Assembly: GCF_963921235.1 (NCBI RefSeq)
Contig: NC_086108.1
Location: 48,796,001 to 48,860,000, forward strand
Length of the DNA stretch: 64,000 nt
Direction of reading: 5' to 3'
DNA from: Mobula hypostoma
Taxonomy: Eukaryota
Within the stretch, counting starts at the first letter, position 1; each line of letters begins with the position of its first letter. The position numbers were made by a program, and so were the translations under genes. The notes below the pieces were generated by a model that was not told the origin of the DNA, did no database searches, and saw nothing but the letters and a program-made list of their open reading frames with translations. This document shows, one piece after another, positions 38,679 through 50,372 of the stretch.

Positions 38679-39479
38679 GGTTTCACCTTAAGGAAACCAT
38701 GCTGACTTTGGCCTATTTTATCATGTGCCTCCAAGTACCCTGAGACCTCATCCTTAGCACTCGACTCCGACATCTTCCAAACCACTGAGGTCAGTCTACT
38801 GGCCCATAATTTTCTTTCTTCTGCCTCCCTGCTTTCTTGAAGAGTGGAGTGATATTTGCTATTTTCCAATCCTCCAGAACCTTGCCAGAATCCGGTGAAT
38901 CTGAGACAGCAAGAAACAGCATGATCATAACAGGAAAGTCAGGTTTAGTGCAAAGTGGTCATGGTGCACAAATTCTCAGGAGTTCAATAGTGTTAGTGGT
39001 CCATTAATAGTCAAGGGAAATTATGACCTAAATTATGTTCCTCTGGCATGTGGAATGGAGAGACTGAGGATAAAGACTTGCTTAGTTAAAGTTTACATCC
39101 AAAGCAGACGAGAGGAGGCAGTTTCTACAGTCATGAACATATATGCCAGCGAATTGATGGGGGACCCATGGAAGCTACAGAAGTGTGTCCTCTGCTGACA
39201 GCATCAGTGTTTCAGGAGGTGAACCAATGGACACTTCATCATAAGAAGTAGAGATTTTCAGCACACTCTTCTCGAACCAGCTAACCCAGAAGGCACAGAG
39301 ATGGAAGCTGCTCCCTGTGGCAGTCCACAAAGGATGTGCCAGCCAGTTGACCAGTACCACGAAAGATTGATATTTCATTGTTTTTCCCAGTTTACCTCAC
39401 AAATTCCAATAAGGTCGCCCTTCATTCTTCTAAATTCTAAGGAGTATAAACTCAAGCTGTTTAGCCTCTCTTGATAGGA

Positions 39480-41490
39480 CAACGTTTAAGAGCAAATTTG
39501 GTGGGAGGTCGCAGAAGGTTGCAAGAAACATAAGGTTGTGATAAGAGGTGATTTTAAGTTTCCACATCTTGACTGGGACTTCCATACTGTAAAAGGGCTG
39601 GATAGGATAGAGTTTGTCGAATGTGCTCAGGAAAGATTCCTTAAACAATACATTGAGGTCCCAACCAGAGCGTGCAATAGAGGATCTCCCGTTAGGGAAT
39701 GAGACAGGGCAGATGACAGAATTGTGTGTAGGAGATCACTTTGGATCTAGTGTTCATAATTCCATTAGTTGAAAAATAATTATAGAGAAGGGTAGGACTG
39801 GTCCTCAGATTGAGATTCTAAATTAGAGAAGGGCTAATTTCATTGACATCAGAAAGGATCTGTCAAGTGTGGATTGGAACAAGGTTCTTCTCTGGCAAAT
39901 TTGTGCATGGAAAGTGGGAGGTCTATAAAAGTGAAACTGTACAGAGTTTGTATTGTGAGGGGATCCTGAAGTACCCCTGTTAACTGTGCTTTTGAAAAGA
40001 GAGAGAGAGAGAGTTATTTACCACCGATAGCTTGTTTGTAAAAGAGAGAGAGAGACAAAGACTAACTGTGGGACTGTCACTTTAAGGCACTGGAAGTAAC
40101 TTTGGATTTCTACTGAGTATGGAGTTGGAGACAGCACCGAGCAGCTCGTGAGTTGCTATGGTGACCGAAGGCCGTGTTATTTAATGGACACTCGATGTTA
40201 TGATTTTAGGCAGGTTGTTGATATTTCTTCAAGGATTTTTGCCTGCTTGCATTTCTTTCACAGAGAATGGAAGGAAGGATTATTTGAATGATAGGTGGTA
40301 CCCAGTATGGGAAGATAAAATAGGAGGTCAGATGATACAGACCTCAGACACATGTTTGGACACTGAATGAGCATTGTTGTTCCTGCAGAAAAAGTGGGTT
40401 TTGGAGGATTGATCAGGCATATTGATCCATCGCTCTTGCAGTGGAAAGAGGAAAAGGGTTGATTGGTGGGGAGTTGTCCATGTGTCCACCCTCGCCTGGG
40501 GGATAGCTCCACCACAGAAAACCTGTCCCCTTTGTTAAAGTCACAGTCCGTGACTTCTAAAGGAGTTTGAAGGACAACGAGAAGATCGACGGCGTCAGCT
40601 CACCTGAAGACTCAAATCTCTCCCTCTCTCTCTCTCTCTCTCTCTCCATCACTACTCAACTCAATACCACGAACTGAACTGAACTGAACTTTACTCATCA
40701 TCGTAAGACTGTATCTTTTTACCCCTAGACTTAAAGAAGCTTGGTTTTTCATACATATATTTCCACACTTACTGACTTACTTACTTATATATATAAAATC
40801 ATTGCTAACCTGTTTGACTTATCTACATTTATATTACTGTATTGCGTAGTTACTAATAAATATTATTAGTTTATAGCAATACGAGACTCCAAAGTGTTTT
40901 CCATCTCTGCTGGTTCTTTATTCCCGTCACGGGGTTTGTGACAGTATGCTCCTGTCAGAATAAAAGGCATGGCTAACAGGTTTAGGGAACAATGGTTTTC
41001 AAGAGACATTCAGGCCCTGGTTGAGAAGAAGAACAAGGTTCATAGCAGGTAGCAACATCAAGGAACAAATGAGGCACTTGAGGAGTATTAGAAATACAAG
41101 AGGACACTGAAAAGGGAATCAGGAGGGCTACAAGAAGACATGAGGTTGCTCTAGCAGACAAGGTGAAGGAGAATCCCAAGGGTATCTACAGACATATTAA
41201 GAAAAAAAAAACTGCAAGGGACAAAATTGGTCCTCTTAAAGATTAATGTGGTCATCTCTGCATGAAGCCAAAAGAAATGGAGGAGATCTTAAATAGATAT
41301 TTTGCATCTGTAGTTACTCCGGGGATGGATACAGAGTCTATAGATGTGAGGAAATGTAGCAGCGAGGTCATAGAGGTGTTTTCTATCTTGAGGCAAATTA
41401 GGGTGAATAAATCTCCAGGGTCTTACAAGGTGTTCCCTTGGACCTTATGGAAGGCTAGTGCAGAAACTGCAGGGACCCGAGAGGTACTTA
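39480..41490 (+). mobile_element. CR1 APE/tether region, split by a solo LTR
   Basis: GDFKFPHLDWD-like segment and EMEEILNRYFASV..KSPGSYKVFPWTL. Confidence 0.8.
39954..40943 (+). mobile_element. Solo LTR, 990 bp (Gypsy- or ERV-type)
   Basis: TGT...ACA termini; 4-bp TSD GTAT at 39950-39953 and 40944-40947; AATAAA at 40855-40860; no ORF. Confidence 0.85.
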
Positions 41491-42660
41491 AATCAGAATC
41501 AGAATCAAGTTTATTATCACCAGCATATAGCATCAAATTTGTTAACTTAGCAGCAGCAGTACAATGCAATACATGATAAAATAGAAATAAATCAATTACA
41601 GTAAATATATATGTATATAAAAATACATTCAAAATAGTGCAAAAAGAAATAGTATACATTTTTTAAAAAGTGAGATAGTGTTCATGAGTTCAATGTCCAT
41701 TTAGGAATCATACAGCAGAGGGGAAGAAGCTGTTCCTGAATCGCCAAATGTGTGTCTTCAGGCTTCTGTACCTCCTTCCTGATGGTAACAATGAGAAGAG
41801 GGCATGCCCTGTGTGATGGGGGCCCTTAACAATGGATGTTGCCATTCTGAGGCACTGCTCCTTGAAGATATCTTGGATACTATGGAGGCCAGTCCCCTCA
41901 CACCCTCTCCATGAACTATTTGTTCTTCTGCCATCAGGCAAACATTACAGGAGCATCAAAACTAAAACCACAAGGCTACTAAACAGCTTCCTCCCACAGG
42001 CTGTCAGACTGCTAAATAGCTGTTCTACCTGACTCTACTTTGGACACTTTTAACTTGCACTGGACATTTATAACTTGATTTTAACTAACATGTCGCTGTT
42101 GTGGTTTACTATTTATTGTTATGTTTGTTATTTTGTGTTGTGTTTGTTATGTTATGATTGCACTGCTCCTGGGAAACGCTGCCTCATTCTGCCCTGCAGA
42201 GCTGATGTATGGTTAGAATGACAATAAAGTTTTTTGAATCTTTGAAAGATGGAGCTGACTAATTTTACAACTTACTGTAGCTTCTTTCAGTCTTGTGCAG
42301 TAGCCCCCCAATACCAGACAATGATGTGGCCTGTCAAAATGCTCTCCATGGTACATCTATAGAAGTTTTTAAGCATTTTAGGTGACAAACCAAATCTCTT
42401 CAAACTCCTAATAAAATAGAGCCATTGTCTTGCCTTCTTTATAGCTGCATTGACATGTTGGGACCATGTTAGATCCTCTGAGATCTTGACACCCAGGAAC
42501 TCAAAATTGCTCACTCTCTCCACTTCTGATCCCTCTATGAGGATTGGTTCGTGCTCCCTCATCTTACCCTCAATCACAATCAGCTCTTTGCACTTACTGA
42601 CACTGAGTCCAAGGTTGTTGCTGCGACACCACTCAACTAGCTGGTACATCTCGCTCCTGT
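41491..42660 (-). mobile_element. Rex1/Babar-like LINE 3' part with a nested + strand 3' fragment (about 41895-42245)
   Basis: LVEWCRSNNLGLSVSKCKELIV..FEFLGVKISEDLTWSQH..KKARQWLYF. The nested piece reads PSHPLHELFVLLPSGKHYRSIKTKTTRLLNSFLPQAVRLLN. Confidence 0.8.
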
Positions 42661-43472
42661 ACACCCCCACCGATCTCCCTCCTGGCACTTATCCTTGTAA
42701 GCGGAACAAGTACTACACATGCCCTTACACTTCCTCCCTTACCACCGTTCAGGGCCCCAGACAGTCCTTCCAGGTGAGGCGACACTTCACCTGTGAGTCG
42801 GCTGGTGTGATATGCTGCGTCCGGTGCTCCCGATGTGGCCTTCTATACATTGGCGAGACCCGACGCAGACTGGGTGATCATTTCACTGAAGGTCTATGCT
42901 CTGTCCGCCAGAGAAAGCAGGATCTCCCAGTGGCCACACATTTTAATTCCACGTCCCATTCCCATTCTGATATGTCTATCGACGGCCTCCTCTACTGTAA
43001 AGATGAAGCCACACTCAGGTTGGAGGAACAACACCTTATATTCCATCTGGGTAGCCTCCAACCTGATGGTATGAACATTGACTTCTCAAACTTCCGCTAA
43101 TACCCCACCTCCCCCTCCTACCCCATCCGTTATTTATATACACAGGTTCTTTTTCTCCCTCTGTCCCTCTCACTATACCCCTTGCCCATCCTCTGGGCTT
43201 CTCCCCCCCCTTTTCTTTCTCCCTAGTCCTCCTGTCCCATGATCCTCTCATATCCCTTTTGCCAATCAACTGTGCAGCTCTTGGCTCCATCCCCCCCTCC
43301 CCTGTCTTCTCCTATCATTTTGGATCTCCCCCTCCCCCTCCCACTTTCAAATCTCTTACTAGCTCTTCTTTCAGTTAGTCCTGACGAAGGGTCTCGGCCC
43401 AAAACGTCGACTGTACCTCTTCCTAGAGATGCTGCCTGGCCTGCTGCGTTCACCAGCAACTTTGATGTGTGC
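42661..43472 (+). mobile_element. Penelope-like element (GIY-YIG + pLTR), 5'-truncated
   Basis: CVRCSRCGLLYIGETRRRLGDHF..EQHLIFHLGSLQPDGMNIDF. The pLTR hammerhead at 43377-43412 has GAAA changed to AAAA. Confidence 0.92.
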
Positions 43473-44429
43473 TAATTGAATGAGGGCTGTTTTAAAATCT
43501 TCTCGTCCGTTCGAGGGCTGTTTTAAAATCTTCTCGTCCCTTCTGGAATTTAGCAGGTTTCAAGATATTTCAACCAATCAGCTCACCGCCTCTGCAGCCA
43601 TTTCGTTTAAAATCCTTTGCACAGCGTTAAGTCATAGCAATTTGTTTGCCTTTACCCTAGTGAGTTTATCTGAAAGCTTATCTCTTATGAATGTGATTCT
43701 TACAAGTTGCACCATGTTATTTAAAGTTGGCCCATTGTTACTCTTAGGGATATTTTGCAGTGCCCTACCTGGTGGAGACTAATGAAAACAATTAATTTAA
43801 TGTATCTGTCATTTTTATTTTGTTTCTTTTTATTAATTCATCAGGCTCATTTTCAAGAGATCCCACTTCCCTCAGTCACACCAGCACTGGGAGAACGTGG
43901 AGCAGGCAGCCCCTCACTGAGGACAGCATTCAACCCCGGTCTCCCTTAGTGAAAAAGTGGCTCTGCTACTTGCACCACACTTCATCAACTGCTTTAAGAA
44001 ACCGGGTTCCTGACACCGAATTACTTCTTTGTTTCAGTATGTTGGGTCCTTGCAGTCTCGGAACGATTCCACTCCACCCACGTTCTTAGATTAGTTTTCA
44101 ACTTCAACTTAGACAACTCCAATATCATACCTTTATAACTGTCCTTATTTGGATTGAGGATGGGGGTTTTGATCTTGCGGTGTGCATCCTCTAACTGTAT
44201 CAGGGAGATATGCATCTGCCTACCTCCTAAGAGATCTATCACAGCTGATGTCTTACAATTCTGGCACCCCAGTTTCAATTCTGTGTGAAGTTTGCACATT
44301 CTTCCTACGACCTCCACCAACTTGATCTGTGAGCTTCTGCCTCCTCCCAAATCCCAAAGATGTGTGAGCTGATAGGGTTCATTGGCTGCTGCAGTTTACC
44401 CTTCATTTGTACATCAGTTAATAGGAGCC

Positions 44430-45010
44430 CTCCACTGGTCCAGGTCAACCAGGAATGTTGCATCCTAGCCATCTACGTGATGCGCAAGCCAAGGCAGTAG
44501 GATATGGAGAGCAAGCTGTTGCCCATGTAACAGGCTCCTCCTCTCCACACAGCTGATAAATCTAAAAGTACAGCAGAGATCAATACAGTTTGGCACCAGC
44601 AGCATCACAGAGGTTGTCAGCCAGTGTTGAACTCAACGTAGGACTGCCTTAGGGATTCCTGCTCTGGGTTTTTCCTTGGAGCTTCCACTCAAAGCCTTCC
44701 CCATGAACGGATAGAGCAGTAAGGCAGCAGGAGTTTGAGATCAGTTTTCCTTCTCCTAGAAGAGCTGCCAACTACAGCTGACGAGCTGCATCTGCCCGAA
44801 ACAACTGGTTTTGAGGCGCCAGTAACACGTCCTTGCCCCTTTTCCTGTTGGTAGAAATGGTTTCACCGGGCTTAGTAGTTAAGTCATGTATGAAGGCCAA
44901 GAGCTGGACTTGGTTGTCAGAGGGTATACGAGATGTACGCCATTGGGAACATTTAATAGGTAGTGGGGGCTTACCCCACTACCTCCCCACCCCCACTATA
45001 ACAACTTTAA
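44430..45010 (-). mobile_element. RTE-derived non-autonomous element
   Basis: tggcaccagcagcatcacagaggttg..actgccttaggga and agttttccttctcctag..gctgacgagc.catctgccc resemble RTE 5'-UTR-derived SINEs (from memory). Confidence 0.55.
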
Positions 45011-45709
45011 GAAATCATTAATAGGAATGCAGGTTGACTTAGTTACAGGGATTGCTCTGTGAACCAGCATAGACCCAATGGGTTGAAATAGCTTCCAACA
45101 TGGTGATGAAATATAGTAACTTAGTCTGTGTCAGACTGCTCAGTTTCTCAAATATATAATATCCTGTTCACAACAAAACTTAACTGACTTATCATCATGT
45201 AGTCTGTCACTAAGGCATATGGGTAAGGAGCTGGCTTAAAGAAGTCTGGCTGGAGTCAATAAAGAAGCCAAACAATCTAATATATATATCAGTCTCATAA
45301 TATTCACAAAGGATATGCATGCCCCTCCAAAAGCCTGCAAGTTTTAAATCCTGTAAATGCCCCTGATGTCAATTTTGAAAATCAAAAAATTCAGATGCTG
45401 GAAATCTGAAAAAAAAAGCAGAAAGTGCGAGCAACACCCAGCATGTATGGAAAGTGAAAAATGGTTTCCATTTGTACCTCAAACAGCAGCAAAATTGAAT
45501 TCTTTTAGTCATTAAGCTCAAAGGTGTTGAGTTATCTTACTATTCAAAAAATGTTTTTTCTCCTGTAATTGCCTACAAGGGTGATTATCCTTCAGAACGT
45601 AACACACATAAGTAATTCACATGACCCCTTCCATTATGCCAGGCCCAGTTTTTCCAGGTTCCTTGGAATTTGCACAAACCCCTAATTCCCAGTTGATTGT
45701 CAAAACATC

Positions 45710-47015
45710 TAAGAATCATGCATCACGAAATCCCTAGAGAGGCTGGTCCTGGCTCAGCTCTGACCCCTGGTCAGGTCAGTCCTCGATTCCCTGCAGTTTG
45801 CCTACTAGGAACACATTGGAGTCGACGATGTTGTCATCTACCTGCTGAACAGAGCCTACTCCCATTTGGATAAGCAGGACAGCACTGTGAGGGTCATGTT
45901 TTTTGATTTCTCAAGTGCCTTCAATACCATACAGCTCTCATTGCTGGGGAAAGGCTCCATTCAATGCAAGTTGGCGCTTCCATTGTATCCGGGATAATGG
46001 ACAACCTGACTGGCAAAGCAGAGTTTGTGCAGCTTCAGAACTGTGTGTCAGACATGGCTATAAGCAGCACTGGGTCCCCACAGGGTATTGTATTGGCTCC
46101 CTTCCTGTTTACCGTGTATACCCCGGACTTTAGATACAATACTGAGTCATGTCATCTACGGAAATTCTCTGATGACTCAGCAATAGCTAGGTGTATAAAG
46201 GGAGGATGGGAAGATGAATACAGGGCCTTGGTAGAGGACTTTGTCAAATGATGCAAGCTGGATAATCTGCAGCTCAACATCAGTAAGACAAAGGAGATGG
46301 TGATGGATTTTAAGAAGAATAAGCCTGCACTGCTCCCTGTTACTGTTGATGGTGAGGATGTGGATGTGGTGAGGACCTACAAGTACTGGGAATGCACCTG
46401 GATGACGGACTTGGATGGAACACCAACAAAAAAAGCTGTGTACAAGAAGGGCCAGTGTTGCCTCTACTTCCTGAGGGGAATGAGGTCCTTTGGAATTATG
46501 CAGGCCTCTCCTTCACATATTCTACCAGTCTGTTGTCGCCAGAACAATCTTCTATGCGATGGTGTGCTGGGACAATAGGATCACCAAGGGTGATGCCAAC
46601 AGGCTCAATAAACTGATTAGAAAGGCTAGTTCGGTTATGGGAGTCAAACTGGACACACTGGAGGCTGTGATAGAACAAAGGACCCTACGGAATATCCTGG
46701 CAATTCTGGACATTGTTTCTCACTCTCTCGATGCCACCTTGGCCGAACAGAGGAGCACTTTTTGTAGTAGGTGGAGACAACTGCAATGCTCCAAAGAGTG
46801 CTTAGAGGTCATCTTTACCCGTCGGCCAATAGGCTCTAAAATTAGTCAACCTATAGCTGTGGAAGTGATGACTCCCTCTTGTCAGACTATTTGAGGTAAC
46901 TTTTTTTTTATCCCTTCTTACTTCCCTTTTGATGTTTTTATATTTGTGCACTTGTAATGCTACTGTGACACTAATTTCCTTTGGGATCAATAAAGTATCT
47001 GTCTTTCTATCTATT
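45710..47015 (+). mobile_element. Rex1/Babar-like LINE RT and 3' end
   Basis: LQFAY..VDDVVIYLL..VRVMFFDFSSAFNTIQ; GSPQGIVLAPFLFTVYT..KFSDDSAI; ends aataaagtatc(tatc)n. Confidence 0.85.
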
Positions 47016-47099
47016 AATTTCAATAGCGCATGTATTCAAAATTGCATGTGCTCAGCCCTCTAAAGCAGAGAATTTGATAAGTTATTGTCTCCATCCAAA

Positions 47100-47670
47100 A
47101 GTGCGATTTCTTTTCCAGTGCTGGACTGTGTAGGGGAAGGCTCATTCGGCAGCTGACACCCACAGCTCCACCTCCTGCGGAGAGGGAACTCGATTTCCAG
47201 CCGATCAGCTGACACACAATTTGGCCGAGGCCACAGGGCGATAGAGCGCCGGCGCGGGGTGTACTGTATATAATCCAGCGGTCGGAGCGCTTGGTACTTT
47301 AACAATGGAGGATCATGTGTTGGAGGTAAGAGGATCTCGGTGTGTTTGAGGATTGTAGCGCATGTGCGGAAGGCAGTGTAGAGTGAATCGGAAGTGTTTA
47401 AATCCATTCCTGTTCATTGCCTCCAAGTTACTGATGTATCTAAAAGCTAGGAGCCCGCCGTTTACAAGTATTGGCGTTTCAGAGTTGACTGTTCTTTGTT
47501 TCGGTGATGATTAGGCTAGTGATTACATTGCACTTTCCAGCTGCTCGATCACGGGACGTCTTTGCGGCGAGCCCGGATCCCGTGATATTGCCTTGGTAGT
47601 GCTCCGTCACTCCGTGTGCGTGTTGTTGCTCTTATTTCTATTCTGCTTGTCACGAACACCGAGTCCCGAT
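47100..47670 (+). promoter_or_regulatory. CpG-enriched promoter region of NPL with a TATA box (TATATAA, 47267-47273)
   Basis: Local CpG cluster (ggcgatagagcgccggcgcgggg) in CpG-poor DNA. The TATA box lies upstream of ATG...GAG|GTAAGA and about 0.8 kb upstream of the first recognisable NPL exon. ETS-like CGGAAGTG near 47390. Confidence 0.7.
47305..47325 (+). CDS. NPL: Probable NPL first exon, coding portion MEDHVLE (in-frame N-terminal extension)
   Basis: Kozak context ACAATGG; strong phase-0 donor GAG|GTAAGA; the next acceptor abuts the conserved ATG in phase 0. Confidence 0.55.
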
Positions 47671-48102
47671 ATAACATGTTGCATTGTTGTATCAAAGAAA
47701 CAAGTCAAAACTTATATTCTGTGTTGTTTGTTTACTTCCCGGTAACTGGCACTAATGCAACTTAACAGGCTTGGCAGGATTTTGATGACCGGAGGCTTAA
47801 TAAAAAAAAACTCCATTAGAAATAGTCTTTAATCTAATTAACTGCCTTCCGCACTTCGTTTCAAGTTCAAATTTGAGAGCTGCGATTGAATTCTCCGGGG
47901 GAATTCATCAGAGTTGTCTGATTCCGGTCGATCTTCACAGGTTGTCTTGTTTCATCCTCTTTAATATCTTTCATCATCTGTTCTTATAATTTGTTTATGG
48001 TATCCTCATGACACACCTTGCAACTGCGCCCTCAGTCGTACGTTGTATTGAGCAGTTGAGTTTTGAACTTCCGAACGTTAAATCAATGTGCTTTCTCTTC
48101 AG

Positions 48103-48170
48103 ATGGCAATGTGCAAGAGCAGGCTTAGCGGTTTGGTAGCAGCAACTTTTACACCCATGACAAATGATAA
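48103..48170 (+). CDS. NPL: N-acetylneuraminate lyase exon: MAMCKSRLSGLVAATFTPMTND
   Basis: Acceptor ctttctcttcag| and donor |gtaaga; matches the vertebrate NPL N-terminus (LxGLVAATxTPMT). Confidence 0.93.
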
Positions 48171-48270
48171 GTAAGAAGATGGCCATCATTCAAACTATAT
48201 TGTTCATTAATTCAACTCCCAGCAAATTTATTTTCCGGAAATAAAATGTATATTTATTTTTGTCTTGCAG

Positions 48271-48344
48271 TGAAATAAATCTTTCTGTCATTGGTCAATA
48301 CGTTGATTATCTGGTAAAGATCCAAGGGGTTAGAAAGATTTTTG
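48271..48344 (+). CDS. NPL: NPL exon: (N)[24 protein letters not shown]
   Basis: Acceptor tgtcttgcag| and donor |gtaagt; frame continuous; near-identical to human [24 protein letters not shown]. Confidence 0.96.
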
Positions 48345-50277
48345 GTAAGTTTATCCTGGAACTCCAGGTACAAATTTACTACTTTTGTAATTTCTCTCTC
48401 CTCTGCTGCTGTCATCTCCCAAAATATTATATTTTATTATATAATTAAAAAAAATCAAAATAGATCTGATGTGTTAAATATTTCATTGCTCAGTCTTTAG
48501 AAGTTAGGATGTCATTTTTATTGTGTGCTTGAAGATCACAAGGATGAAGATGCTGAACTATAGATTGGGTAGCCAAATCTGTCAATCCTGATTTTGGGTA
48601 GGAAGTACTTGTGCGTGGGTCATAATTGTGTGTTAGGGACTTCGACTTGTACAACCACTGAAGTTGGAATCATTTGTATGAGTGTATTCAAACTCTCCTC
48701 CTAAGCAAGGTTACTAGTTTGGTGCAAAATTGTCAATATCAACACTTCAGAACCTGGCTTCTATACTTTCGTTGCAGACTGTCTAATGAGTGAATAATAT
48801 AAGAAATAGGATGGTGCAAGGCCATCCAAAGAATAATTATAGATCAAATATAATAATGATATTTTAAGTGATGTGTAGTCTTTCATGTGGTTTAGTGGAG
48901 AGAATGCGCGTGCGCACAAGATGTTTAAATAAATAAATAAATACATACATACATACTTAGGAATCAAATTGAACTGAGATGAAGATCTAAACCATAAGAT
49001 GTAGAACTGATAAGTGTAGGAACAGAACATTTGACCCACTGTGTCTGTGCAGGAATGATACCAGTCTAACTAAACTTGGCTTCCTGAATGTGATCCATAT
49101 TATTTTTCTTTTTCCCGCCTGTTCATGTTCATTGTGTCTGCTTCTACCATCTCCCCTGACAAGATGCCCAAGGCACACCTACCCCTTTTGCTTTTTAAAA
49201 AAAACACTAAACAAACATTGCTTTGTACATCTCCTTTAATCTCTCCTCCCCCCACCCCCCCCACACCATTTTAAATCTATGCTCTTCTGTATTTGACAAT
49301 TCCACCCTGGGAAAAAGACTCTGACCACTATGTGCCTCCCATGAGTTTATGTACCTTTAAGTTTACCCCTCTCCTCTACTCTCCACAGAAAACAATCTGG
49401 CTTTGTTTAAACTCCTTCGTGGGTAGTAGTCTCTAATCCATGCAACATCCTGGTGAACCTCTTTGGCACTACAGTATCTTCAAAGCCTCCATATCCTTTC
49501 TGTACTGTGATGACTGGACAAGCATATAATTCTTAATGTGACTGCTGCATATACAGTTGCAACATCCCATCATTGATCCTTGTGGAACACTGCTGATTAG
49601 ACTGCTAATCAGGGGAAAAAACACCCTCCTTCCTACCTTGTGTTGAGTACATAAAATACGCATGTTGCTTGTGTTGAATATTGAATTTTACAATTTCAGG
49701 TAATCAATACCCATAATCCCTTTCTCCCAGTAATCCACATGGGTTCTCCTTTCCTTTGTTCCCCCTTGTTAATCGGATTTATTCCCTTCCCTCTTTCCCC
49801 CCCCCAATTACTTGCCACCTCATTAATCTGGTTCTACCTATTGTGTATCAGCCTCCCTCTCACCCCTCCTTCTCGCTTTTATATACTGGCATATTCCCTC
49901 TGCACCCTGTCCTAATGTGGGTCTCAGTCCAAAGCAGTGACCATCTCTTGACTTCCACAGATGCTGCTGAGATCCTGCAAATATTGTTTTTTCTTAAATA
50001 TATCAAAATGTAGGTTCTTCCACCTCAGTGGTACAGTATCTGCAGTTGCATTTTGTTTGCAGTTTCTCTCCTTGTACCTGGGTGAGGTAACTTCATTTGG
50101 GATGCAAGTAAATGTTCAACTAAATTTGCTGTGTTTAATGTTCTCTATAAAGTATTTGTACTAATTGTAAACATTTTTTTATCTATTGTAACATTTTTAT
50201 CTACTGCAATTATTTCCAGAATTGAATTTATTTAAGAACTTCTTGTGCCACAATGTTTTCTTTCTGTTGCTTTCCAG

Positions 50278-50365
50278 TGAATGGAACAACTGGGGAGGGC
50301 ATGTCACTTAGTGTTGAAGAAAGAAAATTGGTTGCTGAAGAATGGATTAAGCAAGGAAAGGGGAA
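50278..50365 (+). CDS. NPL: NPL exon: (V)[28 protein letters not shown]
   Basis: Acceptor tttccag| and donor |gtgagt; carries the NAL/DHDPS GxxGE motif; frame continuous. Confidence 0.96.
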
Positions 50366-50372
50366 GTGAGTA

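Larger units (their letters stand above)
36895..38900 (-). mobile_element. CR1 LINE fragments, interrupted by a V-SINE-like element and an L1
   Basis: LVNLLEFFEEITSRIDKGELVDVLYLDFHKVSDKVPH; RRSFFSQKVANLWNLLP. Confidence 0.85.

Noticed and set aside
42450..43100. 216-aa ORF looking like a novel N-terminus fused to GIY-YIG
   Set aside because: Chance read-through from the antisense strand of a Rex1-like LINE into a 5'-truncated Penelope.
44775..44810. CTGACGAG...CGAAAC hammerhead-like string in the RTE-derived element
   Set aside because: No credible stem II and no NUH triplet or stem III after GAAAC.
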